Source of the DNA: Camelus dromedarius
Lineage: Eukaryota
Reading direction: 5' to 3'
Assembly (NCBI RefSeq): GCF_036321535.1
Contig: NC_087451.1
Coordinates: 31,558,001 to 31,622,000, forward strand
Length of the DNA stretch: 64,000 nt
Within the stretch, counting starts at the first letter, position 1. Every line of letters starts with the position of its first letter. The translations under genes were made by a program, and so were the position numbers. Below, in pieces: positions 15,581-27,420 of the stretch. Below the pieces are notes generated by a model. It was not told the origin of the DNA. It worked only from the letters and a program-made list of their open reading frames with translations, and did no database searches.

Positions 15581-15895
15581 TTTGCTGACCTTGTGGGTTT
15601 GGGTGGGGTCATAAAAGAGGGAGTGGGGCCCTGAATGCCAGCTGATGCGTGGCAGGTGCGAGCTAGGTGAGGAGGGAGGGACAGGGGATACAGGACAAGA
15701 GGGAAGGGATGGAGGGAGGTGGGAGAGGCCTGGCCTTCCTCATTCTCATCTGCTCCTTCTGGTCCCCAACTCCTGTGGGGCCCAGGTCCTGGGAGTGAGG
15801 ATCACAGAGGGTCAAGAGGCAGGGCTGCTGTGGTGAAACCGGCATTCAAGCCCCCCGCCTTTTATGACCCCACCCAAATCCACAGGGTCAGCAAA
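15581..15895. repeat. Imperfect inverted repeat (arms 15581-15639 and 15841-15895)
   Basis: The reverse complement of the left arm matches the right arm. The 36-nt core TTTTATGACCCCACCCAAA(C/T)CCACA(A/G)GGTCAGCAAA has 2 mismatches. Confidence 0.85.
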
Positions 15896-18394
15896 TGGCT
15901 TTTGACCTGTTTTGTGCTCAACTACAAGGTCACCAGGTCAGACTTGTGCCCAGCTCAGCTGTCCCTGCTGGTCCTGCCCTGCTGTGCACCAGGACCTGGG
16001 GCCGCTGGACTTGACAGTCCTGGGGCCCAGCTGCCCAGGATCTAAGCTGAGGCTGGGAACCCTGTGAGGGTCCTGAGAGCCCCCAGTGCCTGCTGTTTGG
16101 CTAAAGATGAACTCTGGCCTGGTGGAGACTGCCTGGGAGGCTGGGCCCAGAGCTGGCACTGTGCCACAAGGCCCGGCGGGCTCGGGCCCACCAGTTCAAG
16201 GCCAGTTTTGGAGAGAGGGGTGGGGTTTCAGGGTAGGGTAAGTGGAAATCATTGAGGGCCAGGACTCAAGCTCCAGCCACCTTCCCTGGGTCCCTCTAGG
16301 CTCCCTATTTCATATGTGGGTTCTTTTAATTGGGAGGGGGACTTGAGGGTCTCCCAAGCAAACAGGAAGAAAATCGCCAGCTAGGCCCAACTACCTCCAC
16401 GCAGGGAGGGAGGGCATGCAGAGTGGGCCATCCCCACCCTGGCCCCGACCCAAATGCTCGGCTCAAAGGCTCCATCACCCTCAGGCCCAGGAGCACCTGA
16501 ACGAAGGAAGAGTTTGGAACAAAACCAGGTCGGAGAGGGGCAGGAGGGCCCTTGACACCTGGCTCCATGTGGCAGGGACCACCGAGCAGGCCCCATGCCC
16601 CCGCTTTGCAGAGGAGGAAACCGACCTCTGTGGCTTCATTCCTAACTCTGGAGCTGAGCGGCCCCACGGCTGGTCAGGGTCAGAGCCAGGCTGATGCCCA
16701 GAAGGGAGGGCTCCCTGCACTAGGCTTGAACTTTGACCTCCAGACCCCCAGTCCAGTTCCTCGTTTCCAGTTGCCTCCCAGGTCCCTCCACATAGATGAC
16801 CCGTGCTAACCTGCAAAGGGACTTAGAAAGAGACAGGCAGGAGTGACAACCAAACATGTGGCTACAAAATGAAAATTAATCCCGCCGGGGGAGATGGAGG
16901 ACGGTTGGAAGGAGTGGGAAGTAACAGATACTTGTTGAATTCACAGGGAATGAATAACCGTATGAATTAGTAAGTGGAGTGGAGCCATCTGGGGGAGAGG
17001 AGGAGACGACACTGGCCTTAGCCCTGTCCTGTGGAGGTCACCCCAGGTTATGCCGCGGAAACAGTGGAGTCTGTTGGTGAACAGATACTCAAAACCAGAA
17101 GGAGACAGAGCCAGAGCTAAGACAGGGGAAACTGATGAAGGTAAAAGCTGCAGCCCAAATGCATGGACTCTTCCAGAAGTGAGACAGAAGAGGAGAGCAG
17201 AGAGCAAGGACCAAGCCTTGGAGAAGGACCACTGTTAGGGCAGGAGGGAGCCCTTCTCCCCGCCCCCCACCCCCCTACCCCCCACACCTACACACACACC
17301 TGTTCCTGGCTGCTCCACCCCAAGGAGCCTGCAGTGAGAGTCAACAGGCCAGAGTGGGCGTGGGAAGGAAGCCAGCATTTGCCCAGGAGGGCCTGTGACC
17401 TCCCATGGGGCATTTCATAAACAGGATGGGGGTAGAACCCAGGGTCTGAGGGCAGGCAGTAAAGTCAGAGCTCAGAACAGGGAGAGAGGAAGGAGCAGGT
17501 GGGCAGTGGTGAAGACAGGCCCAAGGGAAGCTTTTTTAAGATGGGGAGACCTGCGTGTGCTTGAAGGAGAGAACGGGCGAGCCCAAGGAGAGGGTGGATG
17601 GCAGGTGCTGGGGAGACGGGACATTGGGAGAGCAAAGGATGGGCCCTTCTGGTGGGAGCAGGAGGAAGAGGGTCTCAGAGGAGCTAGGAAGGGTGAACCT
17701 GCCCTAGCCCAGTGGAGCCCTTCGTCACTTTGCTCTTGCTTGGAGAGGGAAGAAGAAGGCAGGGGGAGGGAGCTGTGCCAGGATACCCTGGAGGATCGCG
17801 GGGGGACTCCGGGTCCAGCTCCAGCTTGTGGGCAGCGCAGTGGGCATCAGGAGGGAGGAGAGATCTGGATTAACACAGTAGTGCACTCAGGAGCCGGCGA
17901 GAAGCCGCAGAACATTCCATTCTCGCGGGGAGGAAGGCCAGGGTCCCAGGCGCTGGAAACTCTGGTCAGTCATCACCTGGTTCCCTGGTCCACGTTCCCT
18001 TGCACCTGTGGACCTGAGTTTGCGCAGGGACAGAGATGAGTGAGGCCTGGTCTTAGAGAGCTCCTTTGACCCATGGAGTTGGGGCGTGGGTGGTCTTACC
18101 CAGGCAACTCCCCAGTTTCACTCCCTGGATCAGGCAGAGCAGTTTTCTCAGGGCTCAGCGGCCACGGGAGATGACTCAGCGGCCTCTGAGCCTGGTGGCC
18201 GCTGCTGCTATTGTCCCCTAAGTGGGGAATGCAGCATGAAAGGAAAAGCAGGGAGGCAGGCTGGAGGCACAGAGAGTGTGAGGCACCCGTGGCAGTTGAG
18301 GGGTGACTGAGAGGCTTCTGAGTAATGAAGGAGGGTTCTAGGAAATTCAGCTGCGAGAAGAAGCCACACTGTGTGAGCCGAGTTCAGTCAACCC

Positions 18395-18740
18395 CTCCCG
18401 GCCTTGCCACTCCCCAAGCAACAACCGCTTATTTGGTTTCTATCACCAAAGGCCCGCTTTGCCTAGCCTAGAATTTCACGTTCGTGAAGTACGGTTTGTA
18501 CTTTGCGTTTGGCTTCTTCCACTCAACATATTATTTTTGAAATTTAACTGCGTTGTCACACCCATCAGTAGTTTGCTCCTATTTAGGGCTGAGCACTGGT
18601 GTTCCATCAGATGACCACAGCAATTTGCCGATCCTGTCTCCACTTGATGGACAGCTGGGCTACTTCCAGTCTGGGGCTACTGTGAATGGAGCTGCTATGA
18701 ACATTCTTGTACAAGGCTTTTTTTGTAGTAGAGCTTTTCT
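18395..18740 (-). mobile_element. Old L1 3'-region fragment
   Basis: L1M-like text (ttggcttcttccactcaacata...gggctactgtgaatggagctgctatgaacattcttgtacaag). Bounds approximate. Confidence 0.55.
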
Positions 18741-18746
18741 AAATTT

Positions 18747-18780
18747 TATATATATATGTGTGTGTATATATATATATATA
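18747..18780. repeat. Compound microsatellite (TA)5(TG)4(TA)8
   Basis: Read directly; it abuts the SINE tail. Confidence 0.9.
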
Positions 18781-18875
18781 TTTTTTTTCTTTTTTTGGTG
18801 GAGGTACTGGGGACTGAACCCAGGACCTCATGCATGCTAAGCATGCACTCTGCCACTGAGCTCTACCCTACCCCT
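18781..18875 (-). mobile_element. tRNA-Ala-derived SINE (camelid vic-1-like)
   Basis: Reverse complement reads GTAGAGCTCAGTGGCAGAGTGCATGCTTAGCATGCATGAGGTCCTGGGTTCAGTCCCCAGTACCTCCA plus an A tail. Confidence 0.85.
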
Positions 18876-19973
18876 GAGATGATTCTTAAAAGAGCCAGCC
18901 AGGGTATTCAGCCAGATGCAGAGAGGACAAGCATTTCAGGGAGAAGGAGAGGAGGTGAGCGAGGCCATGAAGGTGGAAATCCACCTGGGTGGCTCCCTAC
19001 AGGAGTGGGTTTGAGGCCAGTGGGACCTTTCTCGGGTGCACTTCCGACTATATCACACATCTGGTGAGAACACTGCAACGATTTCCCTCACCTACCGAAG
19101 AATCTCCAGGCCCTCTAAGCACCATCACAAGGTTTGTTGGGGAAGATTTTGGGTTGAGATCTGGGATGGCTGGGCCTCTGGCAGACCCCAGGTTCCAAGG
19201 TTGGTCTGAGGCCTCTGCAAGCCCAGACTCCCGGGGTGGGGGCAGGTGTGGGGAGGGGCGGGAGAGGGCATTACTGATCTGTTTACCGCCTCTGCGGGAT
19301 GGATGGGGCAGGTGGAACTGGCATCAGTTATAGAGGCATAGACCTTTAGTCTGCAGGAAATATTAGGAGACTTCTACTGTCACCTACGGAAGAGGAAACT
19401 GACGCACAGAGAGAGGACACGGCTCTGAGGATGTCAGCACAGATGAGGTTGGCTTCCCCTGGGCGCTATCAGCTGGGGGACCTATCTGGCCGTTTGCCAC
19501 CTCTCCACTCACTGTGGTCCTCCAGTGCCCTTTATTTCACCACGTTGGCAGTGTGGGCCTTTCCTCTCAGATGGGGAGCTCCAGGAAGGCAGAGGCAGTG
19601 CCTGGTTCTCCATGGCACTTGCCAGGAGCTGGGAGTGGCACATGGTGTGTGCTCAACAGACCATGGCGGAATAGATGGAGGGGGTGGCAGTGCATGCCCC
19701 AATCCTCACAGTGACTTACTGGCAGAGCTAGATCCAGACTCCAGTGCTCTGAGCTGGGCAGACAGTGGAGAGCCAGGGGAAAGGCAGCTCAGCCTGTACC
19801 CCCTGTCCTTGGGGACACCAGTCCTTGCCTCCCGGCCCAGCCTCATTAAAAAGCCCTTGCTGAAGATGTAATTGTGCATGGTGCCCTGCAGGCAGCATAC
19901 ACTGAGAACCACATACACCTGTCACTGGCCTCTGTGCTCATTCATTCATTCAACAAATCTCAGACATGGTAGT

Positions 19974-20150
19974 GGGGGTATAGCTCAGGGATAGAGCATG
20001 TGCTTGGCGTGCACAAGGTCCTGGGTTAAATCTCCAGTGCCTCCATTAAGAGGGAAAATATTTTAAAATAAATAAGTAAAAATTAACATAAATATATGTA
20101 CAAAAAAGACCAGGAAAAAGATTTTTTTAATAATAATCAGAAAAAAAATC
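19974..20150 (+). mobile_element. tRNA-Ala-derived SINE with A-rich tail
   Basis: GGGGGTATAGCTCAGGGATAGAGCATGTGCTTGGCGTGCACAAGGTCCTGGGTTAAATCTCCAGTGCCTCCA followed by an A-rich tail. Confidence 0.8.
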
Positions 20151-20884
20151 TCAGACAGGAGAACCCTCCCATGGGTGTAGTGGGCACACACACAATAGAA
20201 GACCAAACCCACAGAGCAAGTGGGTCCCAAGCATGCACCGGGGATGACGCCCTCCCAGGCAGGTCATCTCACTCCATCCCCAGTCTCCAGGAAGCTATAA
20301 CTCAGGGAAGGGGAGACCTCGTGGCTTCCCACGGCAAATACAGAATCCATCAGTCCTCAGCATCTTTGCGGAAGACTTGCACTCAGCCTGTTCTCAACAG
20401 GACTTCCCTATGTCCCCTCCTTCCCAGCCAGTGGATCTAGAATCGCCCTGAGAAATGCCATTTTCTCTCACTGCCGTCTCCCTATGTCCACTATAGTTAT
20501 CGTCAATTATGTCCCAGCCCCAGGCCACCCCGCTGAGGCCCCCCACCAAATGCAGTCAAGCCTTAGCCAATGCGTGGTCCCCGAGATCAGTCTCCCACCA
20601 CTCGAGCCGCTCTCCTCTCTGGACACTCTGCCCCCTTCCCTACTTCCCAGTTGCCATAAGACCAGGCCCTCTTCCTGGGGTCCCCCGTTTCCACCCTTCA
20701 AAATCCAGTCAACACACCCGTGCCTCCAAGTCTCCCTGATCTGCCCTGCTGTCTGGGAACACTGTTCTCCCCAGGCCAGGCCTGGAGACCTTTGTCCCTC
20801 CTGTGGCCTGAATCCCACAGGCCAGCAGTGCACCCCAAATTCCCCAATATTTCCAAGAGAACTATCTTCTTATCTGCAAACTTA

Positions 20885-21510
20885 GCCAGCAGGAAAGACA
20901 AAAACTATATGATCTCACTTACATGTGGACTTTAGAAAAACCACTAAACTCGTAGAAAAAGATCATATTTGTGGTTATCAGAAGCAGGGGGTGGGGGTGG
21001 AATTGGAGGAAGGTAGTTAAAATGTACAAACTTCCAGTTATAAGATAAGTAAGTGCTAAGAATGTAATACACAACTTGATGGCTAGTTAACAGTGCTGTT
21101 TGACACACAGCAGTCATTGAGAGAGCAGACCCTGAGTTGTCATCACAAGAAGAAAATTTTTTTCTTTTAATTCTATCTACACGCGATGATGGTTGACAAC
21201 TAAACCTACTGTGGTTTAAACCCTTGAACAGCAGGGGTTAGGGGCACTGACCCCTAGGACAGTGGGAAAATCCACATATAACTTTACGGTCGGCCCTCTC
21301 CACCCACAGTTCTGCATGACAGAACTAGAGTGTACCACCTAGTACGCGTTTATTGAAAAAAAAATTTACGTCTAAGTCGATTCCCCAAGTTCAAACTGTG
21401 TTGTTCAAAGGTCCGCTGCATATGTAAATCAAACCATCATGCTGTGCTGGGCACCGTAAACTTATACAGGGATGTATGTCAATTACTTCTCAATAAAACT
21501 GGAGGAAATT
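20885..21510 (+). mobile_element. L1 3' end (laurasiatherian L1MA-like), interrupted by a DNA transposon
   Basis: atatgatctcacttacatgtgg...aaacttccagttataagataagtaag...aaacttatacag...tcaataaaactgg. Confidence 0.7.
21214..21418. mobile_element. TcMar-Tigger MITE (MER8-like)
   Basis: TIR cores CCCTTGAACA (21221-21230) and TGTTCAAAGG (21402-21411); internal ggggttaggggcactgacccc...aaaatccacatataactt resembles the recalled MER8 consensus. Confidence 0.75.
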
Positions 21511-21639
21511 AATTTAAATAACAGCCAGCAGATGGGGTTCAGGGCGCCCTGCGTAGGCTGCGAGCCCCTTAAGGCCCTCCCCTCTTGCCCCCCTGCTTAC
21601 AGTACGTTCTCAGTCGGCTCCTGGGGTTAATGAACAAAT

Positions 21640-22450
21640 GATTGAACCTGCCTCCTCCCCGCAAAGATCCACCTGCCAGGAGGCAACGCCTGTGTGCTGG
21701 CGTTTCCAGGCCCCTGCCCGTAAGCAGAGGGAGGCCCAACCCTCCAGCTGGGATCCGCTGGCGGGGTCGGGGCTCTTCTAGGCTACGGCTCAGAGAAAGC
21801 GCTGAGTCACGTTCCGGGCACGCGGCCCCGGGAGAGGCCGGCCTTCCGGGCGCGGGGCGGCGGGGACACGCGCGCGCCCAGGGCTGCAGGGCGGGAGCGC
21901 GCGAGGGGCTGGAGGGGGCGGGGGCGCGCGGGTCTCCCGGCTGCTCCGCGGACCCCAGCCCGGCCCCGGCGTCCTCTGTTGCCAGGAGCTTCGGGGGCCG
22001 AAGTGTGGCGGGTGCCAGCGGCTGGCATCACCGCCGCCCGCCGGCCCAGACCCTCCTTCCGGGCCCGTTTGGGAAATGGAGGGAGGGGAGGCCCGCAGAC
22101 AGGCCCTGAGCCGTCGGCCCCAGCCACGGGTTTGTGCCCCACGTCCGCACGTTCCCTCCCCTGTGCCCTCTGAAGTTTTCCTCATTTATTCGCTTTCTCC
22201 CCTTCTCCACGTTCCTCTTCTCTTCGGTGCCCCATTTGCCCCCCTTTTTTCTGTTTCCAGCCAGCCAGCCACCTGCCCTTTGGCCTCTCTCTCCTCCTTT
22301 CCTTGCACCCCTTGGACTTTCTCAGAGGCTCCAGGGGGCGCGGTGGGAAGGTACAGGTGGGCGTCGGGCGCCCCCTGGTGGCCCGCTTGCCCGGCCTGGC
22401 CTGGGGCCTGGGAGGGGACCAGGCACTCGCCCTCCCACGACCTACCCGCC
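21640..22450. promoter_or_regulatory. Orphan intergenic CpG island / candidate distal promoter
   Basis: Dense CpG, GC boxes, CGCGCGCG, AP-1 TGAGTCA at 21803-21809; no convincing CDS. Confidence 0.65.
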
Positions 22451-23394
22451 CAGGGCTGGGGTTCAAGTCCTGGGTTAGAGGAAGCAGCGCGCCTCCCAGC
22501 GGCACAGCCACGTCCTCAAAACCCACTCACAGGGTTCTGGAACGTGGAAAGTGGCCTACTGAAAAAGGCCTCTTGAGGCTGAAGCTAAGCAGGCTGAGAA
22601 GGGGCAATGTTGCTGCAAGCAGAGGTAGAAAGAAGAGAAGAATCTCAAATTTCTTCACACATTTTTCCATTGAGTCAGCACAGGGATGTGCTGGGAAGTC
22701 TGTGGTCTGAAATGGAATGGGAGGGAAAGGAGCATGTGTGTGTGTGTGTGTTGGGACAGGGGCAGCGGTGGGGGAAGTGAGCCAGCAGTGAAGGCACAGG
22801 GTGTGTCCACGATCCATGAGGAATCAGTTGGCCTTCCTGGACTGGGCCTCCACGGCCGGCTTCCTGCCAGACCTCAACCCTGGGATCAGAAGCAAATCCC
22901 TGCCATCCTCCAAGCTCGGCTGACGAGAGTTTAAAAAGCTAATGGGAAAATTTCCCTTAAGCTTTGGTCATCCTCCAAACACAGACAGTGGAGAGCCTCT
23001 TGCCTGGCACCCAGGACCATCCAATGTCCTGGAGGCAAAGGCTCACCAGGCCCAGGGACAGCGGCAGGGTGGTGACACTCAGACCAGCAGCAGCAGCAGG
23101 GAAGTAGCTGGGTGACCCACTTTCTCACTTTGGGGTCTAAAGGGGTAAGGTCTTTGGGATTGCCTCAGGAGCACTGGCTGTTGTAGCCTCAGGGACACCA
23201 TCTTGCCAGGTGGGACTGTGGCTGTGGGCCTGGAATATTCCAGCTGGTCCCAGCAGGGTCGTTCATTCAGATGTTTCTTTGTGAGCCAGCCTGTCAGCTC
23301 ATGAGGGACAAAATGGAGCATCTGCTTCCTGGCTCTGGCACCTTCCAGACATTTCTCTGCACCTTGAGTTCTCCTTCTGTGAGGACAAAAATAC

Positions 23395-23395
<1 letters not shown>

Positions 23396-23429
<34 letters not shown>
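23396..23429. repeat. (AC)17 microsatellite
   Basis: Read directly. Confidence 0.9.
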
Positions 23430-23431
<2 letters not shown>

Positions 23432-24879
23432 AGTGCACACTCAGGGGTTGTCAGGACTCTGGGAGAGAATCATTATGAAGGCTCAGTGTCAGCACAGGGT
23501 AATACTCATACCACAGGCTTACTTCCTGGCCTGTAAAATGTGGTCAATGTCACTCATATGTCCCCTCAGCCAGTGCTTTGTGGGCCCTGCTTGTTAAACA
23601 ACCCATCCAGCTTGCGGCTCTCACTGCCTGTTGATTTTGTCTCCTTAATCTTCAACAACGACCTCACTGGGTGGAGCCAGGGCCAGGCCACTCAGGATGC
23701 AGTCAGTGACTCAGGACTGTTTTGGGGGCAAATAAGAGGAGTCGGGGGGGGGGGGTCATTTCCAAAGGTGCTGGATAAATCAACAATTTGGAACTCAGAA
23801 CACATTTCTAAGCTGTGGAAGTTACCTGCAGAAACCAATTTAGCTCCTAACATACTCCAGCTATAGCTGGAAAAGCTGGTGGAGGGTGGGCACTAGTTAA
23901 CATCTTTTGAGCACCTGCTACGTGCCAGGCCCTTTCTATTTGCTGTGGCATTTAATTCATGTGGTATGTTATTTAGAGGGACCCTCCCTTGGCTGAAGTC
24001 ACACAGCTGGTGGGTGGCAGGACTGGGCGCAGATGAGACCTGTCTGACCTCAGTTCTCGGCTGTGATTTCCACAGGAGTCAGCCACCACGTGGAACACAG
24101 TCTCATGGAAATGCGTGTCCAAGGCCAGACTCCCACCTTCTCCATAGACCTCTCCTGGGACCTGCCCTGGGTAAGGTGACAAGTGGGGGTGGGAGGCCGA
24201 GGAGGGAGGTCCACAGAGGGGCAGGAAGGGACACTGATTCTTTTCAGCCACATCTCTGGGGGTTGTTTCTGCCCCTCCTGAGCATGTTGTCTTGATTCTC
24301 AGGGCAGAGAGGCTCACAGTGGCCTCAAAAGGTACATGCGACCAACCCCCTGCTTCCTGGTTCTGGGACACACACCCACCAGTTTCTCTGCCCTTTGGTC
24401 CTCCCTCCAGGCCCCTGCTCCTCCCTTGTCGTCCTGATCAGCCATCACACGTTTGTTTGTTTATTTGTTCTTCACGGGTCTATTGGGCATCCTCTCTGCG
24501 AGCATCTTCACCCACTCAGGCCACAGCTGGGTGCTGGGGAGGCAGCCCTTTAGAAGGCTGGCCCAAGGTCTTGTCACCCAGTTCTCCTCTCACTTTCGTC
24601 ACTCAACTAACTGTGAAGAATGGTTGCTCCATGCCTGCCTTTGATCTGCCCTCAGCAGGACTCCCTTGTCCTGGCCACTCCTCACTCCAGCTCTTACCAG
24701 TGAGGTCCTTCTTCTTGGCAGTGGCCACTTCACAGGCTCTGCTGGGAGGACTCTGGCCAGCCTTCCAGCCCTCCCTCTCCAAAGTCACACTTTGCCTCTA
24801 TCCCTCAAGCAGGCTTGATTCCCCAAGGGACTCCCCAGCCACTTTGAGAACCTGAACTCAAATCAGTTTACTCAGGGGA

Positions 24880-27420
24880 CATTCAATTTCCAGTTGTGAA
24901 ATTAATTTTAAAGCTCACCTGAAAAAAACAAGCAATATTAGAATATCTAGAATTTTTTGAGGAAATTAGAATACCTACAAGATTTGTGTTTTTTTGAGGA
25001 GAAAAAATCAAGAAAGAATAATATCCCTACCAAATATTAAATTAAATATAATTGTCATAAAGCTACATTGCCTTAACTGGTTTGGTACTGGTGCTGAAAT
25101 AGGTAAAAGCAGTTCATTTAAACAGAATATATCCCAAATATCTGTGGGAACTTATTTATGATATAAGTAGCACTTCAAGGCAGTGTTTGAATAATTATTG
25201 AAAAAATTGTTGAGACTATTGAAAAAGTGTTGAGACTATTGGGTATCCATCCAGGAAAAAACACAGATGGTTCAATGTTGTAAACACTTTTTAAAAAGAA
25301 AAAGAAGAGGAAGAAGAAAGAAAGTAATTTTTTAAAAGTGTTTTGGGTTTTGTTTTTTTTTAAAAAAGCTTAGATGGGTAAGCCTTTCCAAGCAAGACAC
25401 AAAACCAAAAAGTTAAAAAATAGAAAGTCTGATCACTATGAATAAATTAAAATTCTGGTAGAAAAAATCAACAACAACAACAAAATTAAACCACATAATA
25501 ACGAAAAGAAATGTTTTTTCCACATAAATGATAAAGGCTAATTTCTTTAATATGTAAAGAATTTTGAAAAACTAATATGGCCATTAAACAAGAAATTCAA
25601 TCTTACTTTTAACTGAAGGAAAAAATTAAACATGAGATGCCACTGAAAAAATTTTTACTAATAGACAATTTTTTAGGTTTACAGAAAAGATATTGTGCAG
25701 AAAGTACAGAGTTCCCATATGCCCCTTCTTGTCTTATTGCGTTAGCTAGGATTTCTAGTATGATGTTGAATAGGAGTGGTGAGAAGAGGATATCCTTACC
25801 TTGCTCCCAATCTTAGGGTGAAAGCATCTAGTTTTTCACTATTAAGTATGATATTAACTGTAGGTTCGTTGTAGATGTTTTTATTAAATTGAGGAAGTTA
25901 CTCTTNNNNNNNNNNNNNNNNNNNNNNNNNNNNNNNNNNNNNNNNNNNNNNNNNNNNNNNNNNNNNNNNNNNNNNNNNNNNNNNNNNNNNNNNNNNNNNN
26001 NNNNNNNNNNNNNNNNNNNNNNNNNNNNNNNNNNNATGGATTACCTTAACTGATTTTCAAATGTTGAACCAGCCTTGCATACTTGGAATAAATCCTTCTT
26101 AGTCATGGTGTGTAATTTATTTTGGTACATTGTTGGATTCTNNNNNNNNNNNNNNNNNNNNNNNNNNNNNNNNNNNNNNNNNNNNNNNNNNNNNNNNNNN
26201 NNNNNNNNNNNNNNNNNNNNNNNNNNNNNNNNNNNNNNNNNNNNNNNNNNNNNNNNNNNNNNNNNNNNNNNNNNNNNNNNNNNNNNNNNNNNNNCTGGAG
26301 AAGAATTGTAGAGGATTGGTATTGTTTCTTCCCTAAATGTCTGGTAGAATTCACCAGTGAAACCATCTAGGCCTGGTGCTTTCTACTTTGGAAGCTTATG
26401 AATGACTGATTCAATTACTTTAAAAGAAATAGGCACATTATCTATTTCTCCTTGTGGGAGTTTTGGGTGATTGTGTCTTTCAAGAAATTGGTCCATTTCA
26501 CCAAAGTTATCAAATTTAGGGGAATAGAGTCATTCATAGTATTCCTTTATTATTCTTTTTAAAGTCCATGGCACCAGTAAGGATGACGCCTATTTCATTT
26601 CTGATATTAGCAATTTGTGTCTTCTTTTTTTCTTGATTGGCCTGACTAGAGATTTACCCATTTTTTTCATCTTTTCAAAGAACCAACTTTTGATTTCCTT
26701 GACTTTCTCTGTTAATTTCCTATCTTCTGTTTCATTGATTTCTGCTCTAGTTTTTATTATTTCTTTTCTTTTGCTTATTTCAGATTTGATTTGCTTGTTT
26801 TATGCTTATGTTTCCTAAGGTGGAAGCTTAGATGAGTGATTTTAGCTCTTTCTGTTCTAATGTATCTATTCAATGTTATAAATTTATCTCTAAGCACTAT
26901 TTTCACTGCATCCCACACATTTCTATAAATTGTATTTTCCTTTCCATTTAGTTCAAAAATTAAACATGATATGCCACGTTTCATCTATCAGATTGGCCAA
27001 AATGTTAAAGCTTGACAGTATTGAGTGTGGGTTAAGGTCTGGGGGTGTGTAAGGTGCGCTTGTACATTGGTATTGGAAGTATAGACTAGTTCAACCATTT
27101 TACATGACGATTTGTATGTATCTATACAAATTTAAAAGGGATATACATTTTGATTGAGCAATTCCACTCTCAGAAGGCTAAGAGCAGAATGTATGTATGT
27201 ATAGGGTACAGAGTTTGCAGTAGTTAAAAAGCCAGAAACTATAATACATGTCCAATAATAAGAGGACTGCTTCAATATATTATATCTATTCGAGGAAATA
27301 CTATTGAAAGAATTCACACTAATGCTAAAAGGATGATCAAGGTACACTGTTACCTGAACACATAGGCTATAGGAATAGTATGTTTAATGTGGTAGCATTT
27401 GTGTTTTGTTTAAAAAAAAA
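24880..27420 (+). mobile_element. Old degraded L1 (pieces 24880-25643 and 26955-27420) split by a younger insertion
   Basis: L1 ORF2/3'UTR-like A-rich sequence on both sides; 23-bp duplication at 25621-25643 and 26955-26977. Confidence 0.6.
25644..26954 (-). mobile_element. L1 insertion with ORF2 remnants
   Basis: Minus-strand translation ELNGKENTIYRNVWDAVKIVLRDKFITLNRYIR resembles L1 ORF2p (ETNENKDTTYQNLWD...RGKFIALN); flanked by a target-site duplication. Confidence 0.85.

Noticed and set aside
11829-24855. Many 100-215 aa ORFs in the FOXJ1-EXOC7 interval
   Set aside because: Composition-driven ORFs in GC-rich DNA with no domains or exon structure I could recognise.
25202-25241. 20-nt tandem duplication (CRISPR-like at a glance)
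   Set aside because: Only two adjacent units with no spacers, inside a degraded L1 in mammalian DNA; a slippage duplication.
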